A stretch of 63,028 nucleotides of DNA, the filler included, from Lenisia limosa (Eukaryota > Protista > Breviatea), in assembly GCA_001655205.1 (NCBI GenBank). It is 14 parts of 14 records of this genome, joined end to end, with 100 filler letters (N's around TTAATTAATTAA, not from the genome) between each part and the next. Parts side by side here need not be neighbours in the genome. Positions count along the whole stretch, not along the records: positions 1 to 6,754 come from LPNZ01011218.1; positions 6,855 to 14,625 come from LPNZ01006716.1; 12 more parts are not named here. One strand, given 5' to 3'. The position numbers and the translations under genes are program-made. This document shows positions 1 through 12,700 of the stretch, one piece after another. The notes under the pieces are model-generated. The model searched no databases. It was not told where the DNA came from and worked only from the letters and a program-made list of their open reading frames with translations. The first letter of the stretch is position 1, and the number at the start of each line of letters is the position of its first letter.

Positions 1-1371
1 AGCTCAGAGGCAGTGGAACTACCGGCCATGACAGCGGCAATGACAACGTCCTCGTGCTCGTCAATGAGGTCTTGGCACTGCAGGGCATGCGTGATTTCGA
101 GGTGTTTACATGAGGGGGGGGGGGTGGAGAAACTCATTAACAAAACCCAACTTATGTGATTATATCACTGATGGTGTTTATCGATTGTCAGATTGTTGTT
201 TGTGTGATTTCAGTAAAGTTATAAGGGCAGTGTTATACACAGATCAGCCAGATTTATCACTCCACTTACAAAAAATAAAAGACCGAACCCACCCCGGCTA
301 TAAATATGCAACAAAATGAGAAAAGAAATGACTAAAGGCCACATTAATTGCCCCTTTCAACCTTCCTCTTGATGTCTTTGGTAACTTTCGAGTTTTTCGT
401 CGCGGCTTTCCTTAGAGAATCAAACTCTGGTCCCTCGGGAACTTCCATGAAGCGCTGTGAGTCAGTTTTACCTAAGGGGTGAAAGGAATTATCTATTATT
501 CAGGTGAGATGTTATCAAATCATTTCTCTAAAAAATATTGTGCTTTATTAAATTATATCATTTAGGTATATGATATGGATGCAAAGATACACCAACATAC
601 CAACTAAGGAGTATTCTGAGAATTTTTTGTGTTTACAGAGTTCGTCCAACGCATCATGCACACGCAACTCTGTAGATGTTAAACATAACAAAGAGTTATT
701 TTACACCTATTTAGCCTTGGTGTACAACGTATGTATATTATAGTATATACTATATCATATAGAATATTAGATTGTACTGGCATCATTCCTTGGAAAGTCA
801 GTATTTCATAGCACCATACTAGAGTATAGTTTTTTTATATCGGAGACCACAATTAGGAAAGAAGGTTTACTATGATTTCAACCCTCACCTTGAATGAAGT
901 TTACTTATTTCCATTCATATAAACCACTATTAATCATAATCTTCGTATCATAGCCATAAACACACCACTATTAGCGTAAAGCTTCTTGTTATAGCCAGAG
1001 CCGACGACACGATGTCCATGGAGCATTGTTTCCGTGCTGTTGGCTGATTCCTCGAGAATGTCACTCAGAACCGCCATTGCCACTTCGCAGGCTGCGTTGT
1101 AAGGGGGGGACATTGCATTACAGGGGAGCTATAGTGGTAATTGTATTAGAGCTGTATGTGTATTTGGGTGCACTCAATCCATTCAAGGAAAGCTAACAGT
1201 CTGGCTGCGAAAAACAAAGCAGCGATCATCATATTTTCTGAAGATATTGGTTCCCCACCCACCACTACATTGGAGGTCGCTGCTAATAAGTCGGCGTTTT
1301 GAAGTGCCAGCTGAGAACATTGACAACAGCAGGACAACGAAGGACCATTTCAAGATTGGAAGCAGCGTCAT
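1..1371 (-). CDS. Canopy/MSAP-like (saposin-B fold, DUF3456-type) secretory protein, multi-exon, 3' end runs off the window
   Basis: Spliced GT-AG exons read MTLLPILKWSFVVLLLSMFSAG (signal peptide)...DLQCSACEVAMAVLSDILEE...HGHRVVGSGYNKKLYANSELRVHDALDELC...ALQCQDLIDEHEDVV. The CxxC, ELRxxxxLDELC and late C-x-x-L-I-D-E-H-E-D pattern matches Canopy proteins. Confidence 0.75.
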
Positions 1372-2032
1372 TGTTGTTCAGGTGTGTTTACGCCTTTAAG
1401 TGTTCTCTTTCCCTCTATTTTTGTTCAGTGTTTGAATCACAACGCTAATTGGGGTGAAAGGGATAAAAAGGGTTGATTTTTGAGCCGATAAAGCACATAC
1501 GTCCCGGCAATACCCCGGGTTCTTTTTTTGATGGAACCAGAGAGGAGGACCCGGCGGCAGATCGGGAAAACCATGGAGAAAATAGATATTTACCTCCATG
1601 AAGCCACACCCCCCTCTCGGAACACACCGTTGTCCCACGTTCCATTTTTTTTCTTGTAGGTTGTATAGTGGCAGGTGTCTCGCCCCCCTCCACCCTCACT
1701 CTTTTCTGCTCTTCTGCTCTATGTTTAACCATGCTGAAAAAAACTGAACTTGTATGCAACACAGTTATGTGCCGCCAAATATTACTGGCTTCATGTAGAC
1801 AAGCAAAGAGTCCCTTTTGAGAGGGGTGGCTGACCCAAAAGCCCACCTTTTCGGGAGTACTCCATTGAAATCAGAAAATAGTCTATCAAAAAAGAATACA
1901 AGAAAAGAATACTCCATCAACCTCCAAGGAAAGCAGAGCAAATAAATACCTACAAAGTAAAGCCTAATTGGCAAAATTAGCATTGTCTTAACTTCACCCA
2001 CCCCCTCCTAACTCCCAACCAACCATTTCACA

Positions 2033-4424
2033 TTACTTTGACTTAGTCAGGGCTTTGAAGAGGTTTTTCACCCAGTCAATGCAGGTCTTCTTCGCAAATG
2101 AGTTGATAAGGGCAGCCTAAGTAGTAAGTTTGCTGATGAAGAGTAAAAAAACAGCTAGGTGACTTATCAAGGTATCATCCAGTTATTGAAACTGGCTTAT
2201 CGCTAAGAAGGTGAACAACCCAAAGAGGCTGACTACAAATTGATTCAGATATCATATCACTTTTTGGATCAGTGTGAACTATCATTTTCCAGTGATAGTA
2301 TCCGCATATCCACATCCACTCGTGTGATAATTGACCGACAAGTCTCAATGACACTCTGATATATACTCAGGATAACCCTCGTGTTATCTTCTTTCGTCAT
2401 TTCGACTTGAAAGTCGATCATATGCACATATTACTAGTGGATAAGGGTTAGAATAAACAGAGCTCAAAAGGAGCAATACAACATTGCATCTACACACCGG
2501 AATTTTGCCCGCCAAATCTGTGTGGTCAATGAACGTGATTTTGATCCCGGTCTCGGTGCTACGAATCACACACCTGTTGAATATTACATGTATCAATTGA
2601 ATCAGGGTACGCCAAACAGTNNNNNNNNNNNNNNNNNNNNNNNNNNNNNNNNNNNNNNNNNNNNNNNNNNNNNNNNNNNNNNNNNNNNNNNNNNNNNNNN
2701 NNNNNNNNNNNNNNNNNNNNNNNNNNNNNNNNNNNNTGGAAGGGGGGTAGTCCTGGAGAGTTAAAAGGACTGCTGAACATAAAATACTATATTGTTCTGC
2801 ATTCGACTGATATCCACACTTTATTGCATATTGACTAATAAAACTCACCACATGTTCAGCGCTCTTTTGAAGAAGACAGTAAGCCTTGCCTTCATCTGTG
2901 TCCAACACCCGCCATTCAGAGATGTTCACAAAGTCACGCTTCTTCACGGCTGACATAGGTTAATGACAAAGTGGTTTTCATCACATTCATCACATTATAT
3001 GATATAATATGTTCTACTAGTTCCAAAACTATAAAGTATGAAAAAGCAAGTCTTTGAATGAAGCGGCATATATTACATACTTGGAGGGGTTTTGACAGTA
3101 CAGTAGTTGAACTCTCCTCCATCAAACGCCTCAATTGTCTTATATGACTCGAAAACAGGGTCCCAGTCAGCCCGCTGCTCTGAATCTTGCAAGACTGTAG
3201 AGTAAGATACAAGTGACATCGAGGTCTAATTTAATACCTCAACGAGCCTTCTTTTTTTTAAAAAAAGACACTCACGTATGTATTTGTGATAATGATGCTG
3301 TTTTTATGATTAATAGCCCAGTGTAAAAAAAAAAAACCCAACACCTCCCACGATTATACACCGCCTCGGCCTCAACGCCGTTCAGAAGAGCAACACTCTT
3401 ATTGACGCAGACTTTCGAGTCTTCTGTCTGAATATATGATGTATAATATCGGAAGAAAGGTGATGATTCGAGGAAGACTGATTGTGTTAACACTTTGATT
3501 TCACCCAAGATATAGGAGTGTCAAGAATATGTGGTGTTATATGAAAAAAAAAATAATATTGTATTATTGATCGTTTGTATCATATACGCACGACTATCAG
3601 CAGAATTCCTTTAACAGCCCTGTGATACCAAAAAAAATTGGGCAACGCTGTTTACTCACCTTCTTCTGCTGCCAGACCTCCGTGGAAGACTGGGACGCTT
3701 TATCAATGGCCGCGGTACCGGTACACTTCCAGTCTAAAGTGTGATATTATATTTTCAATGATAGAAGAGCCCGGCTCTAGCGCTGCCATGCCCATTAGGT
3801 TAGTTCATATGATGCCCATTCCAATTGCACTCTTATTTTTTTTATTAACTATTATGCACACTCGCATCAACCTTATCTGAATAAAAGTTTATCCAAGGTT
3901 AGTGAATCAAGAAAACAAGACTAAAACTACCAAATAATACAAGTAATAAAAGACAAATCTGCCATTATTTAATGGAATATGTTTGAAACTAACACCAGAA
4001 ATACAACTCCACAAAAGCACCCCCCCCCCCCNNNNNNNNNNNNNNNNNNNNNNNNNNNNNNNNNNNNNNNNNNNNNNNNNNNNNNNNNNNNNNNNNNNNN
4101 NNNNNNNNNNNNNNNNNNNNNNNNNNNNNNNNNNNNNNNNNNNNNNNNNNNNNATTCAAGGCGGACCACATCACCACCTTCTGGAAAGCCAAAACCGGAC
4201 CACCAGAGCAACCATCAACATGCACATCCGAAGAGCCAGTGGGGGTGTTGCTGTCACTATAGAGCCCTTCCGGTCATTTACCAACCCCCAGCGTCATCCC
4301 ATGGACAAAGGTGAAGCCTAGGCCTACCATCCGAGTCAATATGAGCTGTCTCCATCGCGAGAAGGCCGCTGAAGTCCTCATCCGCTATCCGTGTTTCGTT
4401 GATGTTCCTCTCTGCCACTGTCAT
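2033..4424 (-). CDS. START-domain lipid-binding protein (STARD10/PCTP-like)
   Basis: Exons give MTVAERNINETRIADEDFSGLL...DDWKCT...VNKSVALLNGVEAEAVYNLLQDSEQRADWDPVF...KKRDFVNISEWR...IKITFIDHTDLAGKIP...AALINSFAKKTCIDWVKNLFKALTKSK* (TAA at 2033-2035). RxxWD, RDFV and DLxGxxP are START motifs. One exon is hidden in the gap at 2621-2736. Confidence 0.8.
2258..2445 (+). repeat. Dispersed ~190-bp non-coding repeat (family D, Helitron-like)
   Basis: TCACTTTTTGGATCA...GTGAACTATC...CGACAAGTCTCAA...AACCCTC(A/G)TGTTATCTT...AAAGTCG(A/G)TCAT...CTAGTGGATA. It recurs at ~60708-60855, ~59828-59985 and ~46146-46235, with fragments at ~14320-14385, ~26730-26775 (rev), ~49303-49345 (rev) and ~60112-60170 (rev). 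Confidence 0.75.
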
Positions 4425-4539
4425 CTTTTGTAAATTGAGGAGCAGGGTGATGCTGCAAGTTGGCTGCAAGCGAAGAAAAAAATTTGGAAAGGTTAATTAT
4501 AACCCAGGGGGTCTGGCGACCAAAAATTTGGGTTTGTCA

Positions 4540-6750
4540 TGCTATCCCAGTGACCTGATATCGCCTTGTCCCCAGCCTATTCCTCACCCAAATCAAGAGG
4601 GCCATGGTCAAGATGAGTTCATCAACTAACTCCCACAGTTTCTGCACAGTTTGAGTGCAGTAAAAAGCTGCATGAACATGAGTTCAATGGTTTGGTTTGA
4701 ATAATGTACATAAGTGTTATTACACGGAACTAATAGGACAACAGAAAAAATAATAACTAAAAACAACTAAGCCAACTCCAACAGTCGGGGATAGGAGGCT
4801 GCAGAAATGATAGAAAAGAGAATAAAGAGGTTGAGGGGGTAGTCGAACTGCGACACGAACGAGGGAGTCAGGTCTGTGTCGTGAATATTCAGTCAAAAGA
4901 AAACATGTATTTTGGGATTAGAAAATCATCACTGACATTGACTAATATTGAGTATTTTTAGTCAATCGTGTCAGAATACAGCACACATCATACATGATAG
5001 CCCATAAAATATTAGTACTACGAAGTCATTATCATTAACCTTCCAGCATTGCAACTCCAATATGGATACAAGGTAAGAGCATGTAACTTTGTACTATCTT
5101 CCTCCCATAATCACCCGCTTACCATTGCCGGTGCTACTGTCGATATGGAGGACTGTTCGCCCTGTACTTGACATCTGGAGCATTAGAAGATTGGTGATAT
5201 ACTGGTGTTGATATTGGTGCTTAAATTACGTCCAAAGAAGGACACAATTGGAAAGAATGGAACAAGGTAAGTTACGTTATGCACAGGTAATTTTTCTTTG
5301 TACCTATCATATGCTAGTATGATATAATGCAGTCCCACACCTTGCTTTAATTGAACATCTGCCCGCCATCTCACCTGGCCTGAGAGCCATGGGTTGACAA
5401 AGGTGTTGAATTTGGCCGAAATGTGATCAGACCCAGTCTCGTTAGTGAGGGGGGTTATGGGTCTGGGGTGGGGGTAATAGTGAAAACATACTAAACAATA
5501 AAACAGTTATGTATGTATCGCTAAAGATTGGACGAGGGTTGAATACAACAAAGCCCAGCCAGTCACTTAAGTAACGTCAAAATATGATTTAAAAGGGAAT
5601 TGTATGAAACGCATCGTAGCCTACTTGTTGAAGGTGAAGGTGAAGGGGGGAATATCAGCCCTGAGATCTTTGGAGAGGGGCTCAGCAAACTCTATAACGC
5701 CAAGAATATCCTTTTCCGCGGCTGTGGGTGTCATAAAGGTATAGATAATAGTTATTTAATTGTACTCCAAATTAATTTGACAATAGTGAACGATCAAAAG
5801 TAAACTGTCACGTATTAGAAAGTCATGCCGTAATATGGAGCAAGGGAATGGAATATTTTGCATTGGGATTATAATCAAAAATAGAGGATATCATATCATA
5901 AAGTACGTAAAATATTATAAATATCATATATAGTATATCATATGATATAAATACATATTTGGCATTTAGTAGTCCAGCGAAGAGAAGTGCCTACGTGTTG
6001 ATTTTGAGGGCTTTTCTGACTGCGAAGGTTGCCCCACAGGCTCATCGGGAGATACGTATACCGACTCCTCAGGATCCTTATGGGTTACTGTTGCACACTG
6101 TGAAAGAAAGAGTTTTACTCGTACAAGCTGGAAAATTCCCCTCGATAATAAAACGTTATCTCAAAAGGAAACGTGAAGACCTTCAAAAGATGCCTCCACC
6201 CACTCCAATATTCCACTGATCCACGAGATCTTCCTTGGTTTCTGTCACAACCTCAGAAGTGCTAACTGAGTGTTTTGGCTGTCGGGATTTCGGCGATTTA
6301 CGGTCACGGCCACCGAAGCTTTTTCGCCGTTTCATTGGGACGTCTTGAGGCCGATAGCATACCACTTCCCAACGCTACAAGTATAAATGTTTTGCGAAGG
6401 GCATTGTTATTTTCCTGCTTAAGAGCAAGTTTTTCTCCCTTCAATGTGAGGCTACTTTTCAACATATTGTCCAGGATTATCAAGCGAAATANNNNNNNNN
6501 NNNNNNNNNNNNNNNNNNNNNNNNNNNNNNNNNNNNNNNNNNNNNNNNNNNNNNNNNNNNNNNNNNNNNNNNNNNNNNNNNNNNNNNNNNNNNNNNNNNN
6601 NAACCAGAGTTCTTCTTCTTCCCCATGTTGTCCGGGTTGATTCCGATTCGTATTAGCGGCTGCTGTGATTTCAGTCGGGCGTAGAGGCAGGGTATATCAT
6701 CGTCCAAGGGCGGCAGTAACGTTCGTAAATGAATTCGGTCCTGGTGGGGA
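4540..6750 (-). CDS. Unidentified multi-exon gene fragments
   Basis: Several GT/AG-bounded open segments, e.g. LLPPLDDDIPCLYARLKSQQPLIRIG, EKDILGVIEFAEPLSKDLRAD, NETGSDHISAKFNTFVNPWLSGQ and HQYITNLLMLQMSSTGRTVLHIDSSTG. No family recognised, and phases are not fully resolved. Confidence 0.35.
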
Positions 6751-6754
6751 GGGG

Positions 6755-6854
6755 NNNNNNNNNNNNNNNNNNNNNNNNNNNNNNNNNNNNNNNNNNNNTT
6801 AATTAATTAANNNNNNNNNNNNNNNNNNNNNNNNNNNNNNNNNNNNNNNNNNNN
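6755..6854. other. Artificial scaffold linker N44-TTAATTAATTAA-N44 (stops in all six frames); 13 in the window
   Basis: Identical 12-mer flanked by N runs at 6799, 14670, 22836, 24360, 31457, 35550, 38843, 42830, 44262, 48240, 52246, 56010 and 59269. Confidence 0.97.
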
Positions 6855-7375
6855 ACAAGATTGTTTCGTATTATTGGATAAGGAATGAAGGAGGTCCACA
6901 GAGAGATGAGTTTTAGCATTGGCCCCAAACAAAAACCTCACCTGATCCGGTAAATCGTCGAATCTACGAATAACTGACATTATTTTGGAAAGAAACACAA
7001 CTTTAGACAACTTAAACTTGAAAAGAGAGAGGGAAAAAAAATTGAAAATCAAAGATCGCTGATCTCAAAAATTCTTGATCGCGATCAGCAAAAATGAAAA
7101 AAAAAGTTTCTTACTTTTCTGCAAAACCAGCTTGTTTTTTCTTCATTTCCTTTTCTCTTTGGTACAATTATGCGTGATTAACACTCATTGGTCCATAATT
7201 GACACTTTCAATATAAAACCAATAGGAGCTTTTGGGCACTCATATCAGTCATTTTGCCACAATTGCAAGTCAATTTAATGGATAATTGTTATATCTTTGG
7301 TGGTAAATTGTACAAAATATTATTGTTTTATGAAGTTTTTTCTTGATTAAAGCAAGCAAAATGATGACACATGAT

Positions 7376-7452
7376 GTGTCGAGGTATAGCACCCTTTGTC
7401 GAGGTATAGCACCCCCTGTCGAGGTATACCCCCCTGTCGAGGTTTTGCACCC
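7376..7452 (+). repeat. Minisatellite, ~19-20 bp unit TGTCGAGGTATAGCACCC(C) x4
   Basis: Four adjacent copies starting TGTCGAGGT are directly visible. Confidence 0.85.
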
Positions 7453-7489
7453 CCACCTATCACACCGTCCAGAAATATGTGAAAAAAAT

Positions 7490-8200
7490 TTAAAATCTTG
7501 TTTTCATGATTATTTCATACTTCTGACACTTTTTGCATTGTGCGCCTTCCTTTGTATCAGTTCTTTTCTGCCTTGCCTTCCTTTCCTTCAGTACATCTTT
7601 TGTTAACACATCTTGATCATTAGTAATCTCGGTTGTTTTCATTCCTGTTGTGACCCAAACCGTCTGGACAGACTTATCAAAGGCCATTTCAGTCGAACCC
7701 AGTTCAACAGAATCAATCGCATGCTTGGCTGCCAATGTCCCTTCGTCTTTGGTTTTTTCACAAGCTAAAGAAGACAATTTACAGAGCAAATCGGCTGCAT
7801 GAGAAGGAAACTTTGAATTGAGTGCAGCAACAGCACTTGTAGATGCCATTTTTTGGCATCTGATAATTCGTCTTGAAGTTCAGCAAAAATGGGACATTCT
7901 GCGATCTCAGTTCTTACTTGAGCTTGTTCAAGTTTTGTGGCTGTTATCTAGAAATTGATTTCTGCAGGAGACATAGGGCGAGAGATTGTGTGCTCCTGGA
8001 GGGACATTCAGATTTTCGCAGGAAGAGAGGGAAGCTTGGTATTCTGGGTCAGCTGATGACGGGTATCCTTCAAAACGATACGCCTTTCCATGTATGTAGG
8101 CAGTTAGGAATGGCATATGGATCATAGCCTCCAAGAGAGAATCCACATTTCTTGATACGCATGCTGATGACATCGCTGGTAACTGAGGAAAATACAGCAC
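7490..8200 (-). pseudogene. Degenerate intron-poor coding-like region, possibly transposase-derived
   Basis: Long open stretches in shifting frames (ORFs 7928-8200 and 7490-7849) without clear splice signals. HAADLLCKL loosely resembles the hAT CxxHxxxL motif. Confidence 0.2.
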
Positions 8201-8999
8201 GCATAGTCTGGTTGATCCTTATGTATTACTACAATCAGAGTAAAAAGCAAGTGTAGGTAAATCATAAGAATGTTGCATATCATGTGCTGTATTGAAGTTG
8301 AAACATACACTCCACCTACTTGTTCCCATCCTTTCGTTTCAATGCCCGAAGCTTCTCAACCATAATTATTTTCATATGGGCGTGGACGTAGGACTAATAC
8401 ACAATAAGATGAGAAGATTGATTTTCCTCATTCTTACCTGTAAATGCTGTGAAGTGAGAGATGGCTCGATTCCAACAAGAATACCANNNNNNNNNNCAAA
8501 GAAGAAGAGACAGATAAATATGAAAATGGGTTACCTCAGGAGAAAGATGGACACTATGCCCGTCAGTCATGTTGATCAAAGAATGTGAAGGCCTGCCACT
8601 CTTTTCAACAGAGACTCTTCTCCAAGTCTGAATATAAGTGGGGATAGAGAACATAGCAGGCTTTGATATAGGTGACCTTAGCCTCAGAATCGTGTTCTCC
8701 TGCCAATTTTGCGTTTCTAAAGATGGTCCTTTATAGGGATAAAAAAGTTAGTACTTAAGCCTATTTTAAGCAATATGGATAAATATTCAGAAATATGGAT
8801 AAATATTCGTTTTGGGCATTATTAGTTAAATGTACATAATATATACAGTGTATATTTCCATCATACTCTATAAGAGCCTACAACTAATTCCTGAATCTTG
8901 AGCTGTTCAAGCTAGAACACATTAACTTGTGACAGTTAAAAAACTGTGGCGTAAAAGCGATGCTCAGCTTCATAGTCAGTGATATATCCGGAGTTGGTC

Positions 9000-9620
9000 T
9001 GGAATGCAAGACCTAGCCATTCCTCCAAAACAGTAATTGACCCAAGAACTGCCGGAACCTATTTATTTCGAGAAAACTCTGGCTCACTAAAGGTATCTGC
9101 GTTTAATTCTTCGGAGGTTGTGTTTATCTTTAAATGACTTAACAATTTTGTTTACATCAGCATCGGGTGAAGACATATCAACATTGAAGAGTTACTTTGA
9201 CAAACCCATCATTTTAAAGGTGTAAATATTGTTACAATAGTTCCATAAAAAAATCTCAATATTACTAGAGCTCTGACAGTTAGACGATCCTTGCGCTTTG
9301 TCTTAAAAATTGTTGGTAATCATCATTTGTCACTTTCATCCCAACGTATTCTTTCTATGAATGCTGTAACACGGACTTTATGAAATGTACATATTTATTT
9401 TAGCCTTTTGTTGCTGCATTTACCCATATAGCTCGCGCCAATACCATCCCTCTTCTGCTGTCTTCAGAGAAACAGGAAAACTTCCTTCCGGTTTGTTACA
9501 CATCATCTCTTTGATTTTTTTCGTTTGGTTTCATTTCCACTTATACAATGCTGAAATAGTATCTTGTTGTAACCATGCTTGAACCATACTCTTCATCACT
9601 TATTTTCTTTGGAAAGGATG
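9000..9620 (-). mobile_element. Probable decayed hAT transposase C-terminal (dimerisation) region
   Basis: The minus strand reads WYWRELYG*, then KVRVTAFIERI...IFKTKRKDRLTVRALVILRFFY with internal stops. This resembles the hAT WW...S-x-x-x-ER...TKxRxRL signature. Confidence 0.35.
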
Positions 9621-9732
9621 CCTCCCTCTAACCTTTAAAGCATAGACACAGCCAACAATATCTTATACTATTTGAATCCAATGTATTGCATTGACTCTGT
9701 TAAAGACCGTTAATATCTCACACCCCTTAAGG

Positions 9733-12700
9733 CAAACGTCTGGGCTGTGGCAACGTAACAGGACTGGAAGAGTGGGAAGATGCTGTCGTCGAAGACTTGA
9801 TTACGGTATGAAGGGGGGGGGGNNNNNNNNNNNNNNNNNNNNNNNNNNNNNNNNNNNNNNNNNNNNNNNNNNNNNNNNNNNNNNNNNNNNNNNNNNNNNN
9901 NNNNNNNNNNNNNNNNNNNNNNNNNNNNNNNNNNNNNNNNNNNNNNNNNNNNNNNNNNNNNNNNNNATAGTTTTTCAATTAATTTTTCAATTAAATTAAT
10001 TTGCACGGAGCCATTTTTTCCAGCTGGACATAATTCCAGTGTTTTAGTTTCCATTTATAAGTTTATCATTTCGTTAAATGTGATCATTGCGGTTAATAAT
10101 TATTTACCATGTCTGATGTGTTTTTATTTCATTTCACCACTATCAGGCCATCGATGTTGAGTTCCCCGAAGATGATGAGCCACCAACATTCGAGGATGTA
10201 CAGGATGGTCTTCACCAGATCTTGTTAAAAGAACGCTCAAGGTGGGATTTAGACAACAGGGAATTACTGTTGGTGGTTTTTTTAAAAAGTTTTTCTCTAA
10301 CAGAATTTCATGAATTAAAAAAAAGCAGTTTATTCTGCATTGGGTTGTTAAGATTTTTTTTTTTTTTTTTTTTTTNNNNNNNNNNNNNNNNNNNNNNNNN
10401 NNNNNNNNNNNNNNNNNNNNNNNNNNNNNNNNNNNNNNNNGTAGTTTTGGTTATTCTTGTATTCAAAAACAACTGACACTGCATTTCTCACTTATAAAAT
10501 TCCTTGTACTTGATCATTTTTGCATACAGCTACTTATTGCCCAGTTTCGTTGTTGGTCGAGACGATATCATTAAGGAGATGGAGACCTACGCTGATGTTC
10601 TTGATAGTGACGATGAAGGTCTGTAGCAGGTTGTGTTCATTGTATTTTAATGTCATAATTTTGAGAATTTGAAGATACTTCCTGTAATTATTGGGCATTA
10701 CCCCCTTCCCTCGCGACTTGTTTGGGCTTTGTGTATGGGTTGTTGTTGTTGTTTTCCAAACTGTGGTTTTTTTTTTTTCACAGTTTTTTTATTATATTTA
10801 CCCCCCCCCNNNNNNNNNNGAGAATGTTTCTACTCACAGAAGGCCCCTTATTGTTCATGGAGAGCCTGGATGTGGCAAAGTGGGTTATGATGGCTTCTGC
10901 ATGACTTCAAGGCGAATAATTGAAACACTTCTCTTTGGTGATATTTATGGGCTATATCACAGATTGAATATAAATGAATGCTATAGAGTCTTTGGTAAGG
11001 ATGCTTTGGCATTGTTACCACTATTCTCGAATGAAAAAAAGAGAACAGAACAACCTTGTTGAATTTCTTGTTTATTCACATTATTTTATCACATCTTTGT
11101 TTTCTAATTATCAGTCCGCTATTATGGCCGAATTGGCGAAGAGGCTTCAGAACAAACATCAAGGTGGGATACCATTAATATGAGAGAGAATTCAATTTGT
11201 GGATGTGATGATGTCTTTTGAAATTTACATGAAGAAATCCTCGGGATCTTTTTGTTTGTTTTGTTTTGTTTTTGCAATACAGTCACAGTTTTCTTCTAGC
11301 TGAAAAATCAATGTGAAGCTATACTCACCTATTGTTACCGTTTCGCAGGTGAAGCCAACAGCAGGGTGATCACCCATCTTTGTGGTGCTTCTCCAGAGTC
11401 TCTAAATCTCCGAAACACTATTTCTCGACTTATCCGCCTTCTTGTCAAGCCTTCTCGTTTTATGATGACCGGTGAACAGGTTGGTGATCTTAGTTCGTAG
11501 ATCTCTGAAAGGTTATTTTGAAGAAGTGAGAAATCTTTTTTTCTTGTGGGATGACAGCAGTTAATAATCTGTTTCATTGTTTTTTTTTTTTGACTTTTTA
11601 CACTGCTTTATTTGAGTAATAATTATACTTATAATACACTATGTAGAGGCGGCTGACCTTGGCTTTGTTTCTTTTNNNNNNNNNNNNNNNNNNNNNNNNN
11701 NNNNNNNNNNNNNNNNNNNNNNNNNNNNNNNNNNNNNNNNNNNNNNNNNNNNNNNNNNNNNNNNNNNNNNNNNNNNNNNTTTTACGCCTCCCCCTCAGAC
11801 AGACGATCCTATTGATGATCCCAATGACCCCCTTTATTTTGGCCAATCGCAGGATCTCAATGAGTAAGAGGGGAGAGGCGTTGCGCTTCATATTTGTTTC
11901 TGAGTAAACTATAGTGTAATAAATCTGCAATAAATGATAACTATGCGTTTTATTCGGATTTTGTTTCACCATTCAAGCTGTACAATAATTACTCGGATTT
12001 CGAATCAAGACTGAATTTCCGCTATTGATATTTCATCGTTTTTTTTTTTCAGTCCGAAGTGAAGCCCTATCTGTAATATTCCTATAATAGCTCACAACCA
12101 CGTATCGCATTTATCTTTAATGCATGTTTGTTGACGGCTTTGACCAGATAACACCTTTTTTATTTCTCATTACTATTTATAATCCAATATCTCAAAGCTT
12201 GATGGCGTAGACGGCTTCGGCCAGATAGCACTTTTCTTCCATCTCGAAATTTCATCTTGGTGATTCAAAAAAAAAAATGATACAATTAGGGATTCCCTAC
12301 GGTCCCTAAAAAGACTTTCTCGATAAATCCTCGATTAATATCGATATTTTACTGGTCTTTTTCTGACCGCCCTAATTATATTCCTTCACTACCTAGGCTT
12401 TTGGAGAGGTTCCCGAAAACGCTCGAAGCGGCAGCTAAAAAATGCAATGACAGTTTGAGGGGGTGTTAATCTTTTTGAAACCCAGATTTTATTTATTTAT
12501 TTGTTTCATAGTTTTCTTATTTTTACTCACCCATCCCCCTCCCACCTCCCACATAAGTATACATTTCTTACCCCTTTAGAGGAAGAAATCATTCTGATCA
12601 TTGATGCGGTCAATCAAATGGATGTCACAGACAACGCCCTAACCCTCCACTGGATCCCAACTGTGCTACCTCCGAAAGTTCGAGTTATTGTATGAGGGAA

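Noticed and set aside
100-125. Non-canonical CAT acceptor before the last visible Canopy exon
   Set aside because: It lies next to a long C/G homopolymer, and an upstream AG could give an in-frame alternative. Too likely an error or mis-modelling to report.
1396-1990. Overlapping minus-strand ORFs between the Canopy and START genes
   Set aside because: No consistent exon chain or recognisable domain could be built. It may be UTR or an unresolved small gene.
6799-6810. TTAATTAATTAA as a biological motif
   Set aside because: It is always centred in 44+44 N, so it is an assembly linker with stops in all frames.
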